DNA of 64,000 bases from positions 16,315 to 80,314 of the forward strand of contig JAHEXG010000002.1 of the NCBI GenBank assembly GCA_023252215.1. Reading direction: 5' to 3'. Of the stretch, positions 9,168 through 18,957 are shown piece by piece. This stretch comes from Candidatus Altiarchaeales archaeon (GTDB lineage Archaea; Altiarchaeota; Altiarchaeia; IMC4; QMZM01). The translations under genes were made by a program, and so were the position numbers. Below the pieces are notes generated by a model, which saw only the letters and a program-made list of their open reading frames with translations, had not been told where the DNA came from and made no database searches. The stretch's first letter is position 1, and each line of letters begins with the position of its first letter.

Positions 9168-10361
9168 TTATTTATTGATATGCACCACCTTCGCCGGCGG
9201 GAACCCGTTAAAATACGTAGACGAAGCGTGCGAGTATGCGCCTATGTTCTCCGAGTATACCAGGTCGTTTATTTCCAGTTCCGGCAGTTCCGCGCTTAGG
9301 GTGATCGTATCGAACGCATCGCAGGTCGGTCCGAATACCGCAGATACTTGTTTTTCTCCTGTCTTGAATGCGTGGACCGGGTAGTTGCAGTGATCGAAGA
9401 CCTGTCCCGAGTACGTGTGGTATACTCCGTCGTTTATGTAGTAGCAGGGTTTTCCGTCGCGGAAGGCTTTGCCTACGACTTTTGCGACGAGGGTGCATGC
9501 GTTTGCGACCATGAATCTTCCGGGTTCCGCGATTATCTGCATGTCTGAGGGGAACAGTCTTTTGAATTCGGTGTTAAGCCTTTTTGAGAGCGTCTTAAAG
9601 GATTTTACCTGTTTGTTGTATTTGACCGGGAATCCTCCGCCGATGTCGAGGATCAGTATCCGGTGGCCGCTTCTTGTCTCGGCTTCGCGTATTATGTTTG
9701 CCGAGAGTTGTAGTGCCTGTACGTAGTTTTCGAAGTTCGTGCATTGGCTGCCTACGTGGAAGCTCAGGCCTTCGACGTTTAGTCCCATGTTGAATGCTTC
9801 TACTATCAGGTCTGCCGCTTCGCCTGGGTCTGCTCCGAATTTGCTTGAGAGCTCGACCATTGAACCGGTATTCGGGACTCTTATCCTGAGCACGAGTCCT
9901 GCGTCCGGGGCGTATTCCTTTATTTTTTTGAGTTCTTCTATGTTGTCGTATGTGACGAGGGGTTTATATTTGTTGAGTTCCTGCAGCGTGTCTATGGGTT
10001 TTATGGTGTTTGCGTATATTATCTTGTCCCATATCCAGTCCTGCCTTTCCTTGTCTGGCAGTTTCTCTATGTTCTTGTGTACTATCATGAATTCCGGGAG
10101 GGACGCAACGTCGAAGCTTGCGCCCATGTCGAACAAGGTCTTTATGATCTGCGAGTCTGTGTTGGCTTTTACCGCGTAGTATGCCTGGACGCTGGGCAGA
10201 TTCTCGCGAAATTCTTTGTAGTTCTGCCTGATTTTTTCGTGGTCTATGACGAAGATTGGCGTTCCGTGTTCTTTTGCCAGGTTCTGCATTAGTTCTTTTT
10301 GGGCCTGGTCTATGTGCGGTACTCCGTTGTCCTTCTTTGTTTCCTTTTTAGCGTCTTCCAT
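9168..10361 (-). CDS. PLP-dependent Orn/Lys/Arg decarboxylase (eukaryote-type ODC fold)
   Basis: AYYAVKAN PLP-lysine motif, FHVGSQC, LDIGGGFP and EPGR motifs. Track ORF to 10577 overlaps rubrerythrin, so the true start is taken as MEDAKKE at 10361. Confidence 0.75.
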   Translation of the reverse strand: MEDAKKETKKDNGVPHIDQAQKELMQNLAKEHGTPIFVIDHEKIRQNYKEFRENLPSVQAYYAVKANTDSQIIKTLFDMGASFDVASLPEFMIVHKNIEKLPDKERQDWIWDKIIYANTIKPIDTLQELNKYKPLVTYDNIEELKKIKEYAPDAGLVLRIRVPNTGSMVELSSKFGADPGEAADLIVEAFNMGLNVEGLSFHVGSQCTNFENYVQALQLSANIIREAETRSGHRILILDIGGGFPVKYNKQVKSFKTLSKRLNTEFKRLFPSDMQIIAEPGRFMVANACTLVAKVVGKAFRDGKPCYYINDGVYHTYSGQVFDHCNYPVHAFKTGEKQVSAVFGPTCDAFDTITLSAELPELEINDLVYSENIGAYSHASSTYFNGFPPAKVVHINK

Positions 10362-10465
10362 TGTTTGTGTTAAATGACTAGGAAAAACGTGTTTATTAAA
10401 GGCGGAAATCGGTCGGGAAAGAGGTATGCTGAGTAGATAAAAAAATGGAACGGTGATACTGGAAG

Positions 10466-11041
10466 TCAGTAGTTTTCCGCCTTCAGCTCGTAATACGCCT
10501 GCGGGTGCTTGCATGCGGGGCATACCTTCGGAGCCTCCGTTCCTTCGTGGACGTAACCGCAGTTGCCGCATTTCCATTTCACGGCCTGTTCTTTTCTGAA
10601 TACTGTCCCGTTCTCTACGTTGGAAAGAAGCTTCCAGTATCTCTTTTCGTGATTCGCTTCCACGCTCCCTATCTCTTTGAATGCGGTCGCTACTTCCATG
10701 AATCCTTCTTCTCTTGCGGTCTTTTCGAATTCTGGATAGAGAGCAGTGTATTCCATCTTTTCCCCTTCGGCCGCGGCAAGAAGGTTCTCTGCCGTAGTTC
10801 CTATCTTTCCTGCAGGGTATGCTGCAATTATCCCGACGTCCCCTCCCTCGAGGAACTTGAAGAAGACCTTTGCATGCTCCTTTTCATTGTCTGCGGTCTC
10901 TATGAATATCGCGCTTATCTGCTCGAATCCTTCTTTCTTTGCGACTCCCGCAAAATACGTGTACCGGTTCCTTGCCTGGCTCTCCCCCGCAAACGCTTTC
11001 AACAGATTCTTCTCTGTTTCGCTTCCCTTCAGTTTTGCCAT
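10466..11041 (-). CDS. Rubrerythrin with C-terminal rubredoxin-like domain
   Basis: Di-iron ferritin-like ExxH motifs, then C-terminal CGNCGY...CPAC. Confidence 0.85.
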   Translation of the reverse strand: MAKLKGSETEKNLLKAFAGESQARNRYTYFAGVAKKEGFEQISAIFIETADNEKEHAKVFFKFLEGGDVGIIAAYPAGKIGTTAENLLAAAEGEKMEYTALYPEFEKTAREEGFMEVATAFKEIGSVEANHEKRYWKLLSNVENGTVFRKEQAVKWKCGNCGYVHEGTEAPKVCPACKHPQAYYELKAENY

Positions 11042-11065
11042 TTTGTTTTCTCCTGCGATCGTTTA

Positions 11066-12517
11066 TCACTGCACGAACAAATAGTTCTTGAACTGCCAGA
11101 CGTCGTCTGTGTCGTAGTCGTTCGCCGGGTTCTCTTTGAAGTATACGAGCCTGTTTTTCAGAGGCGTCCAGTCAGAGGGCCCTGAGTAGAATTCGCCCAG
11201 GTAGGGCTTTGCTATCTTCAGGACATAGTCGTAGGGCAAATCGTCCGGCAGGCAGAATCCTTTTTTCGGGTTCTCTATCATCCACATGACTGCGGTTACT
11301 ACGCCGAGTGCTACCTGTATGGTTGTTGCGTTCTGTCCCGGCACAAGTTTTCTTGCGTCTACAATGGAGAGTATGCTCCCGGTCCACCATGATTTGTACG
11401 GGTGGCCCATGAGGAGCGCGCCCAGTATGTCTTCGCCGCTTGTTATCTCTTTGTCGTCCATGATGCGCAGCCTTGACTGCATCTCGTAGTTCCTGCATCT
11501 TAGTTCCTGTAATGAGACTATTGTTGCGTCGCAGGGCATGTATGCGTAGTGCACGGTCGGCCGGTATATCGCTTTTCCGTTTTTCCGGACGGTCCATCTG
11601 TCCGATATGCCGAACGCTTCCCCGTGCCTTATCACCATTCCCACTATCTCGTGGTGGGGTATCCATGACCGAACCCATGTGTTCATGCCCATCTGGGCGA
11701 GCATTACCTGGTTCATGGGACCGGTTTTAGGTTTGTGAGCGAGTTTCGGAAGCTCTTTCTCATGCGTGCCCCATCCCATCTCCGCGGGAGCGGTTCCTTC
11801 TTCTCTCAGGCCTTCGATGCTCCAGGTGCCTACGAATTCGTCCACCTCTTTAGGCTTGTCCGATATCTGCGTATCACGCTCGGAGCAGTGTATGACCTTT
11901 ATTCCCACTTCCATTGCAAGCTCGGCAAATTTCTTGTCCTTGATGAGCGTCTTGATCTTGCCGGGGTTTTTTGCCTTCTTGTCCGCGATCATCTTATTTG
12001 CGATGTCTACCAGTCCCTGTTTTGCGAAGTGGGATATCAAGCCGGGGTTTGCGCCGTGGTCTACGACAAATGTTGTTGCGTTTTTCCAGTCTTTTGTCAT
12101 TTCCCGCAATTTCATCTGCCGGCTATAAAGGGATTTCTCGACAGGGTTTGCAGTGAAGCGTTCTCCGTAGGAGTCCCATACTTCCACGGAGGTGTTCATG
12201 TAAAGCACTTCGTGCTCGTGGCACCAGTTTACTATCTCGCAGCAGTCGATGTTCCAGGCAAGATCGATGAGCAGGCCACCCGGCGCAAGGTAATCGGATA
12301 GTACGTGGTCCAGTTCTTCCGGGGTTATCTTTCGCTGGAAGAAATTTATGCCCTTTTTTGTCCAGGGCATTAGTTCCTTTGATTTATCCTCGATGTCTAT
12401 TATAGTAATGTTCTCATAGGGTATTTTCACGTGCTTCAACAGGATCGGCAGCGTACACTTTGACACCGATCCGTATCCGATTATCAAAACCTTGTTTTTG
12501 TATTCCATTGCTAACAC
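11066..12517 (-). CDS. Homospermidine synthase-like enzyme (saccharopine dehydrogenase family)
   Basis: 483 aa. N-terminal NAD Rossmann VLIIGYGSVS. Length typical of bacterial-type homospermidine synthase. Adjacent to the ODC-like gene. Confidence 0.55.
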   Translation of the reverse strand: MLAMEYKNKVLIIGYGSVSKCTLPILLKHVKIPYENITIIDIEDKSKELMPWTKKGINFFQRKITPEELDHVLSDYLAPGGLLIDLAWNIDCCEIVNWCHEHEVLYMNTSVEVWDSYGERFTANPVEKSLYSRQMKLREMTKDWKNATTFVVDHGANPGLISHFAKQGLVDIANKMIADKKAKNPGKIKTLIKDKKFAELAMEVGIKVIHCSERDTQISDKPKEVDEFVGTWSIEGLREEGTAPAEMGWGTHEKELPKLAHKPKTGPMNQVMLAQMGMNTWVRSWIPHHEIVGMVIRHGEAFGISDRWTVRKNGKAIYRPTVHYAYMPCDATIVSLQELRCRNYEMQSRLRIMDDKEITSGEDILGALLMGHPYKSWWTGSILSIVDARKLVPGQNATTIQVALGVVTAVMWMIENPKKGFCLPDDLPYDYVLKIAKPYLGEFYSGPSDWTPLKNRLVYFKENPANDYDTDDVWQFKNYLFVQ

Positions 12518-12675
12518 TCAAAGTTATTATAAAAATATCTGGTAGCTAAAACCTAAATATAGAAGACAAAAAAATATTTTGCAGTCATTTCAGTAATCGA
12601 CGAGACACAATATATCGCCTGAAATGGATATATTCCGGTAAATGCGATATAAGGACGTAATCTCTATATAATAAC

Positions 12676-13122
12676 GTGACCCTACTTTATTTTGCCTATG
12701 GCGCGAACATGAACCACAAACACATGAAAGACGCATGCACGCAGAGCAAGTTTCTCAAGAGGACATTCCTGGAAGATCATAAGATAATCTACGACGGCTA
12801 TTCCGATTATATGAGGAGGAGAGCCCGCGCCAACGTAGTAAGCTCCGAGGGAGATGTCGTATGGGGCGGACTGTACGAGATCAGCGAAACCGACCTTACG
12901 TCCCTGGATGTCTCGGAGTTCTGCCCTAATTCATTTGACAGGAAAAAAACCAATGTCAAGGACGAAGAAGGAAACAGCTACGAAGCCATCGTCTACCGCA
13001 GGGATAAAAGAGAGCTGTGCGCGCCTTCGACTGAATACCGCCAGACAATAATACAGGGCGCAAAAGACTGCAAGCTGCCAAAGGAGTATATAAGGGCGAT
13101 AACGTACAGGGTCAGCGGGTGA
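12676..13122 (+). CDS. Gamma-glutamyl cyclotransferase-like (AIG2/GGCT family)
   Basis: N-terminal YFAYGANM motif characteristic of GGCT/AIG2. Probable GTG start. Confidence 0.6.
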   Translation: MTLLYFAYGANMNHKHMKDACTQSKFLKRTFLEDHKIIYDGYSDYMRRRARANVVSSEGDVVWGGLYEISETDLTSLDVSEFCPNSFDRKKTNVKDEEGNSYEAIVYRRDKRELCAPSTEYRQTIIQGAKDCKLPKEYIRAITYRVSG

Positions 13123-13145
13123 TAGAGGCGGCTCATTGTTTAACG

Positions 13146-13550
13146 ATGAAAGTATCTGCGAAGGATAAAAGGATTTATGTGGTCGTGTTCGTCTTGTTTT
13201 TGCTCTGCCTGGTAGCCGTAGTGCTATTGTTCAACAACGTTCCGAATCCCGCGCCCGATGCCTTAACAGTGTGCGAGAAAGAAAAAAGCGACGTAATGAA
13301 TCTTTTGGAGGAGGCCGGATCATGCACAGAGGATTCGCAGTGCATAGCTCTCCCAGGCTACGGCTGCCCATTCGGCTGCTATAATCTGGTGAACAAAAAC
13401 GCGGACATTACGGAGGCGGGAAAACTAGCTGAAAAATACAGGGAAACATGCGCCCAATGCATGTATAAGTGCGCAGCTCCCCCGGCCAGTGACAAAATAG
13501 CGTGCAAGAACTCCAAATGCGCAGATACAAGATACGATACGCCTAATTGA
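13146..13550 (+). CDS. Small Cys-rich membrane-anchored/secreted protein
   Basis: N-terminal hydrophobic helix VVVFVLFLLCLVAVVLLF, then 12 Cys in about 100 aa. Track ORF starts at 13119; ATG 13146 is preferred. Confidence 0.5.
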   Translation: MKVSAKDKRIYVVVFVLFLLCLVAVVLLFNNVPNPAPDALTVCEKEKSDVMNLLEEAGSCTEDSQCIALPGYGCPFGCYNLVNKNADITEAGKLAEKYRETCAQCMYKCAAPPASDKIACKNSKCADTRYDTPN

Positions 13551-13817
13551 TAAGGGTTCTAAGATAACTAAAGAACGGAGTACGAATAGTTAGGCACTAC
13601 ATTTTTTCTGTTTTTTTACTTTATATACCTAAATGTTATATATATCTAACAAATAGTTATCTAAATATAACATGAAAAACATAAGGATCGAATGGATCGC
13701 CCTGGGCAGCGCGCCCGGCCTGCTCCTCGGCAGGATGCTGGAAAACATGAGCTTAGGGCTCACATTAGGGACATCATCAGTTCATCTGCCGGATTATTCA
13801 AAAAATGAGGCAACAAA

Positions 13818-14204
13818 ATGAACGAGAACACAACAAGGATAGCGGCGCTCGCCGTCGGACTGATAGCGTTGTCTATGGCTCTTGTTTTTATGGGGCCGTC
13901 GGTAAGCGACGATGTGAAGACATTGATCGCAGCAATAGGATTTGCCATGCTTGCGATAGCGGTAGTATTTTCCTTTCGCAGAAAGGGCGAAGTAACGAAA
14001 GACGAGCGGACTGAGAAGATAACCAGCAAGTCGCTGGCGTGGTCCTGGTGGCTCACTTACCTTTTCATAACCGCGCTCTTCTGGCTCACTAGATACGGGG
14101 CTGTGAAGATCAACGTTGAAGAGACTATGTCATATGTATTCTTTTACATGGTCTTCTCGGCGCTATTTGCCAAGATATTCTTCGCCGGGAGAGGTGACGC
14201 ATGA
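13818..14204 (+). CDS. Small integral membrane protein (DUF2178-like) partnered with XRE regulator
   Basis: Four TM segments. Stop overlaps the start of the downstream HTH gene (ATGA). Confidence 0.55.
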   Translation: MNENTTRIAALAVGLIALSMALVFMGPSVSDDVKTLIAAIGFAMLAIAVVFSFRRKGEVTKDERTEKITSKSLAWSWWLTYLFITALFWLTRYGAVKINVEETMSYVFFYMVFSALFAKIFFAGRGDA

Positions 14205-14401
14205 GGACGAGAATCAAGGAGCTGCGTGCGCGCTATGACATGACCCAGGAAGAGCTGGCAGACAAAGTGGGAGTTAGAAGAGAGACCATAGTCTTTTTGG
14301 AGAGGGGAAAGTACAACCCCTCGCTCAAGCTGGCGCACGACATATCAAAGGTGCTGAACGCGAAGATAGAGGAAATATTCATATTCGAAGAGGACGAATA
14401 G
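14201..14401 (+). CDS. XRE-family helix-turn-helix transcriptional regulator
   Basis: 66 aa. [39 protein letters not shown] is a canonical Cro/C1-type HTH. Confidence 0.8.
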   Translation: MRTRIKELRARYDMTQEELADKVGVRRETIVFLERGKYNPSLKLAHDISKVLNAKIEEIFIFEEDE

Positions 14402-14907
14402 GCTTCATTTCTTCAACTTCTCATTGGGTTGTATAATACTAATACTTAAACGTCGATTCCGTATATTTAGCTATGGGAAAGCGTGAGAATACGACGAGTT
14501 TCAAATCGGCCCGAAGGAAGAGAAGGCACCGCGTCTGCAGGCATACTCGTGCAAGGGATTAAACGATCGGTTATCTCTTTTTTAGGTCCTTTAGTGTTTG
14601 GTAGGCTTTATTTTTTATTTCCGATTCCTTGATTTTTATAAACCCTGATTTCTTGATAATTACCTTTGTTAGCCGTCATTGACGAGTGGTTAGACGGCGT
14701 CCGATTTTCCGTTTTGTCCATACGGATATGGGCGAAGAATGTCGCCGGCAGCGAGAATGCGGCATTCGGCGTGCTTGTATGATACGTCTCCGTTGGAAAT
14801 GCCCGGGAGAAAGCTTACGAAATCGTATAAGAAATAGCCTATCAAAACAGGGGATAAGAATATTAAAAAAGAAAAAAACAAACCTTTGCGATAAACTGAT
14901 AATGATA

Positions 14908-14939
14908 CAAATGTGAATTCCCGCAGGAATTCATTTGTG
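14908..14939 (-). terminator. Imperfect 13-bp hairpin (caaatgtgaattcc-cgca-ggaattcatttg) just 3' of the zinc-ribbon gene
   Basis: Inverted repeat read directly from sequence. Function unproven. Confidence 0.3.
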
Positions 14940-14943
14940 ATTC

Positions 14944-15114
14944 TCAGTAGCTTCTCGGTGGTCTGTGCTTCTGGTAGCAGTCCCTGCAGTATACAGGTCT
15001 GTCACCTGACGGCTTAAAGGGTACTTCGGTTTCCTTGCCGCAATCGGAGCAAGTCACTTTATGCATTTCCCGATCGCCGCCAAAACTTCCGCCCTTGCGG
15101 TCTCCATATGCCAT
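14944..15114 (-). CDS. Small zinc-ribbon protein (CxxC-x17-CxxC), 56 aa, below ORF-track cutoff
   Basis: Reverse strand translates to MAYGDRKGGSFGGDREMHKVTCSDCGKETEVPFKPSGDRPVYCRDCYQKHRPPRSY. GAGGT SD upstream. Imperfect hairpin immediately 3' of the gene. Confidence 0.55.
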   Translation of the reverse strand: MAYGDRKGGSFGGDREMHKVTCSDCGKETEVPFKPSGDRPVYCRDCYQKHRPPRSY

Positions 15115-15172
15115 TTTTTTACCTCTTTCGTTATATTATGGACACCGGTTAAAGCGTCCATATAAGATATAA

Positions 15173-15994
15173 TCAGATTATATGCTTAAAAGAAGCCAGT
15201 CTCCTTCTCAAGTATAAAACACCGGATAATGCTAAGACGAAAAGCATGCCTTCCGCAGCCCAGAAGCCGTATATCTGGCCGAGGAAAACTGCCGACGCAT
15301 CCGCGAAGGAATGCCACATAACCGCTAAGACTAGGAGCTCGTTGCGTTTTTCCACTACCGCATACAAGACCATGACAGACCAGGTTATATGCAGGGTGAT
15401 TGCAAAGATCCGCTCGAACATCCCGGGCAAAACGTCGTAGGGCGTAAGAGCCATCAGTGCATCATTCGCCTGCTTGACGGCATCGGCCTTCTCCTGTGTG
15501 AGAGCGCCGTTCATCGACGCATTGATCTGGCTTATTTTCTCATCAGTCAAAGGAGCGGCGTAAAGGTAGGAAAACACTGTCAGAAGCATGAGAACGCCTA
15601 CGAGTATGCTTTCCACGCCGCCCCAGCCTGCGCCAAAGAGCATGGCATTTCCCCTGTCGAGTTTTATCTTATTGCTTATAAAGAACCGGCCGTAGACGAT
15701 AAAACGCCCCAGTTCCTCGAACAGGCCTGCAAGAAGACCCAATATTACCGCATAGGCCGCCACAGCCATGACGTGATCGGGGAACAGTCTACCCACGTAA
15801 TCGGTCAAAGGCTGCTGTATCAAAAGGACTAGCGGAGCATGTATGAGCTGCACGAGAACGAAGAAGAGAAAGCCTAGTGCAAAGACCTTCCAGGAAAGCT
15901 TGTATTTTTTAACGAAGAAAAAGCCAAGCGCCAGAGGAAAGAAAACCTCGGCCAATATGACCAGAAGAAAAGACAGAACTACGAATGGTTCCAT
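15173..15994 (-). CDS. Integral membrane protein, CPBP/YhfC-like intramembrane metalloprotease family candidate
   Basis: About 7 TM helices. EExxxR-like motif FEELGRF and a later H-containing helix (MWHSFAD). Confidence 0.45.
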   Translation of the reverse strand: MEPFVVLSFLLVILAEVFFPLALGFFFVKKYKLSWKVFALGFLFFVLVQLIHAPLVLLIQQPLTDYVGRLFPDHVMAVAAYAVILGLLAGLFEELGRFIVYGRFFISNKIKLDRGNAMLFGAGWGGVESILVGVLMLLTVFSYLYAAPLTDEKISQINASMNGALTQEKADAVKQANDALMALTPYDVLPGMFERIFAITLHITWSVMVLYAVVEKRNELLVLAVMWHSFADASAVFLGQIYGFWAAEGMLFVLALSGVLYLRRRLASFKHII

Positions 15995-16121
15995 GAGATT
16001 ATTTGGGAGCTGGGAACTTAAAAGCGTTTTTCGTCATTTATTTCCCCAGACCTATACTTTATTTAAGAAGAAAAGCATTGCAAACTTCCCTTTGGCATTC
16101 GGCCTCGGGAGGGGGTGTTAA

Positions 16122-17156
16122 ATGAAGCCAGCCGATTACTTGAATGAATGGGTGAATAAGATAACGCCTTATTCTCCGGGCAAAACCATCGAAGGCACGA
16201 CGAAACTTGCCAGCAACGAGAATTCCTACGGCCCCAGCCCGAAGGTGATCGCAGGCCTGCGCGAGTTTCTGCCGCAGGTCTTCCGCTACCCGTATAAGAA
16301 CCTGCACGTAAAAGAGGCGCTTGCCGCATACTGCAGGGTAAAGCCTGAGAACGTCGTCATAAGCAACGGCTCAGACGAGATGGTGGAACTCTTGATAAAA
16401 GCATTCAAGGGACCTGTCGCCGGCCTATATCCCACATTCCTTTCCTATCCAATATATAGCCAGATATACAACAGGGAATACATAAGCAGCGCACTGGAGC
16501 CGGATTTTTCCTTCAACGTCCAGAGATTCATAAAAGAGACCTGGAAAGCCAATTTGTTATTCCTATGCTCGCCCAACAATCCCACCGGGACAGTAATAGA
16601 ATTAAGAGACCTAGAAGAGATAGCGCAGACAGGAAAAATACTCGCAGTAGACGAAGCATACTTCGAATACCACGGGATAACCGCAAAGAACCTGCTCCTG
16701 AATTACCCCAACGTCATAATAATGCGCACCATGGCCAAAGCCTTCGGCCTCGCAGGAATGCGCATAGGTTATGCGCTGGCAGACCCACAGATCGCCGAAG
16801 CAGTACGAAAAGTAAGAGGCCCGTTCACCGTGAATTACCTGGCGCAGGAAGCAGCGCTCCTCGCATTGAAAGACACGGACTACATGAAGAAGATAGTAAG
16901 CAGAGTGTTAACGGATAGAAAAGCGATCGAAATAAGGCTCTCCGAGAAGTACCGGGTCATCCCGTCTAATGCAAACTTCATACTCTTCGACGTAAGCCCT
17001 ATGACGTCAAAGGAGTTCTTCGAGAAGATGCTGGAGCAGAAGATAGTCGTGCGGCCTCAGCCGCAGTTCCAAGGATTTCCCGGGAACTACGTGCGTATAA
17101 CGGTCGGGACGACGGAGGAGAATTATAAGTTGCTGGACGCTATCTCGAAGATGTGA
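16122..17156 (+). CDS. hisC: Histidinol-phosphate aminotransferase
   Basis: Class II aminotransferase, 344 aa, overall HisC-like sequence and length; N-terminus KLASNENSYGPSP. Confidence 0.8.
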   Translation: MKPADYLNEWVNKITPYSPGKTIEGTTKLASNENSYGPSPKVIAGLREFLPQVFRYPYKNLHVKEALAAYCRVKPENVVISNGSDEMVELLIKAFKGPVAGLYPTFLSYPIYSQIYNREYISSALEPDFSFNVQRFIKETWKANLLFLCSPNNPTGTVIELRDLEEIAQTGKILAVDEAYFEYHGITAKNLLLNYPNVIIMRTMAKAFGLAGMRIGYALADPQIAEAVRKVRGPFTVNYLAQEAALLALKDTDYMKKIVSRVLTDRKAIEIRLSEKYRVIPSNANFILFDVSPMTSKEFFEKMLEQKIVVRPQPQFQGFPGNYVRITVGTTEENYKLLDAISKM

Positions 17157-17557
17157 GTTGCGTCCTCGAATTTCTTTCTCTGGGATCTTATATCTGCTAT
17201 TACCTTGTTTTTTGGCCTGGAATTAAGGTGCAGGTCGCGCAGCCAGTAGTATAGTTTCTGGGTCTTCTTGTTTTCCGCGGGATGCGATTCTCCGGAATGG
17301 GTGCTGAAGCGTATCTTTTTGCCGTGCACGAATTCCACGTACTTATTGGAGGGATTCCACCCGCCTATTCTCAGGCCGGTCAGCCATTCGTATGGGACAT
17401 AGTGGTATTCGTCGTCCGCTTCCAATATCAGGCGCTTGTCTGTTAGATAAGCGGATTTCTTTTTGGGTGTGATGTCCATTGGATAGCGCAGCCGGTAGGT
17501 TACCGGGAACGCCATAAGCACTTCCTCGGACGGCCAGATAGACGGCTTAGAATTCAT
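17123..17557 (-). CDS. Hypothetical protein, 144 aa
   Basis: Clean ORF. Convergent with hisC, overlapping it by 34 nt. No motif recognised. Confidence 0.4.
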   Translation of the reverse strand: MNSKPSIWPSEEVLMAFPVTYRLRYPMDITPKKKSAYLTDKRLILEADDEYHYVPYEWLTGLRIGGWNPSNKYVEFVHGKKIRFSTHSGESHPAENKKTQKLYYWLRDLHLNSRPKNKVIADIRSQRKKFEDATHIFEIASSNL

Positions 17558-17615
17558 AACATATAAAACATGTGCAATACCTGCTTATAACCTTTAAGAA
17601 AAAGGATAAAAGCAA

Positions 17616-18020
17616 CTATCCGGAGAGTTTTTGAACGAGATCCAAGTCCCCGTCCACGAAAACAAAACCTGTAAGCTCCTCGGGCAGGACCCAGCGGTAT
17701 TCGCTGCATTCGATGCATTTTATCTCTCCTTTCTCGATTCGCGCCTCGTAGAACATAAGTTTCACCCTCCTTTTCCGCCCGTCGCTTAGTTCGTAAACAT
17801 GCTGTTTGACGTATAACAGACCGGTTATCGTTATGTCAACACACAATTCCTCCGTTATCTCCCGGATAAGCGCCTGCTGCGGCTTTTCGCCCTTCTCCAC
17901 TTTGCCTCCGGGAAACTCCCAGCGCCCGGCCATGTAAGAGCCCTCCTTTCTTTTGGTTATCAGGATCCGATCCTCGTTCTTTATCACCGCCGCGACCACG
18001 TCTATACTTTCGTCTGCCAT
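17616..18020 (-). CDS. NUDIX hydrolase (MutT-like)
   Basis: Nudix box GGKVEKGEKPQQALIREITEELCV. Confidence 0.8.
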   Translation of the reverse strand: MADESIDVVAAVIKNEDRILITKRKEGSYMAGRWEFPGGKVEKGEKPQQALIREITEELCVDITITGLLYVKQHVYELSDGRKRRVKLMFYEARIEKGEIKCIECSEYRWVLPEELTGFVFVDGDLDLVQKLSG

Positions 18021-18051
18021 TTTTCACTCCATAGTCCGTATATAACTTACA

Positions 18052-18957
18052 ATGGGCATAAATAAGGAATTCGAGCAATATCACAGAAGGCTTTTTTCGG
18101 ACTATGACGAGTTCATAGAGGCGCTGAGAAAGCCTGCAAGAAAGTCCATCCGGGTAAACACTCTAAAAGTAGACCGGGAACGGGTGGAAGAATTCCTTAA
18201 AAAGAACAACGCAGCATACAGCCCGATAACATGGTGCCAGGACGGCTTATGGATAGACTCCGATATGGAACTAGACACCGTAGAGCATCAGCTCGGATAC
18301 TACTACATACAGAATTCTTCGTCGATGATACCCTCGCTCGCACTCGACCCGTACCCGGGAGACTATGTGCTGGACATGTGCGCTGCGCCCGGCTCCAAGA
18401 CCACGCACATAGCGCAGCTAATGGAAAACAAGGGAGTCCTGGTCGCAAACGAGGCCAGTTTCGTACGCGTGCGCGCCCTCGTCATAAACATACAAAAAGC
18501 CGGGGCATCCAACGTGACAGTGACGAGAAGAGACGGGGTAGGCTTCGAGCGATACAACCAGAGATTCGACAAAGTCTTATTGGACGCTCCCTGCTCGGAC
18601 ATAGGCACCGCGAGAAAAAATTCCCAGGTCATCGCCAGATGGAGCATCGACCGCATACATAAACTATCCAACCTGCAAAAAAAACTGATAGCCTCGGCCT
18701 ACAACTCCCTTAATACAGGAGGAAGCCTCATATACTCCACCTGCACCACCAGCAGGGAAGAAAACGAGGACGTAATAGAATACCTGCTAAAAGAAAAACG
18801 GGAAGCAATACTGGAAAAATTCGAGATCCCCGGACTCAAGACACGCGAAGGCCTGACGAACAAGACAAGGAAAGCCGTGAGGATAATGCCGCAGGACAAC
18901 GATACCGAATCATATTTCATCGCAAAGATAAGAAAAACCGTAGACCAAAATGCTTAG
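18052..18957 (+). CDS. NOL1/NOP2/Sun family RNA cytosine-C5 methyltransferase
   Basis: SAM motif DMCAAPGSKT, motif IV DAPCS, catalytic TC in YSTCT. Confidence 0.8.
   Translation: MGINKEFEQYHRRLFSDYDEFIEALRKPARKSIRVNTLKVDRERVEEFLKKNNAAYSPITWCQDGLWIDSDMELDTVEHQLGYYYIQNSSSMIPSLALDPYPGDYVLDMCAAPGSKTTHIAQLMENKGVLVANEASFVRVRALVINIQKAGASNVTVTRRDGVGFERYNQRFDKVLLDAPCSDIGTARKNSQVIARWSIDRIHKLSNLQKKLIASAYNSLNTGGSLIYSTCTTSREENEDVIEYLLKEKREAILEKFEIPGLKTREGLTNKTRKAVRIMPQDNDTESYFIAKIRKTVDQNA

Noticed and set aside
9168-10577. N-terminal extension of the decarboxylase ORF (469 aa)
   Set aside because: The extension overlaps rubrerythrin by 112 nt and adds a non-conserved Arg-rich leader. An internal Met at 10361 gives a typical 397-aa enzyme.
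10505-11185. 226-aa ORF on the plus strand
   Set aside because: Antisense to rubrerythrin and the start of the HSS-like gene. No motifs, Cys/Phe-rich low-complexity translation.
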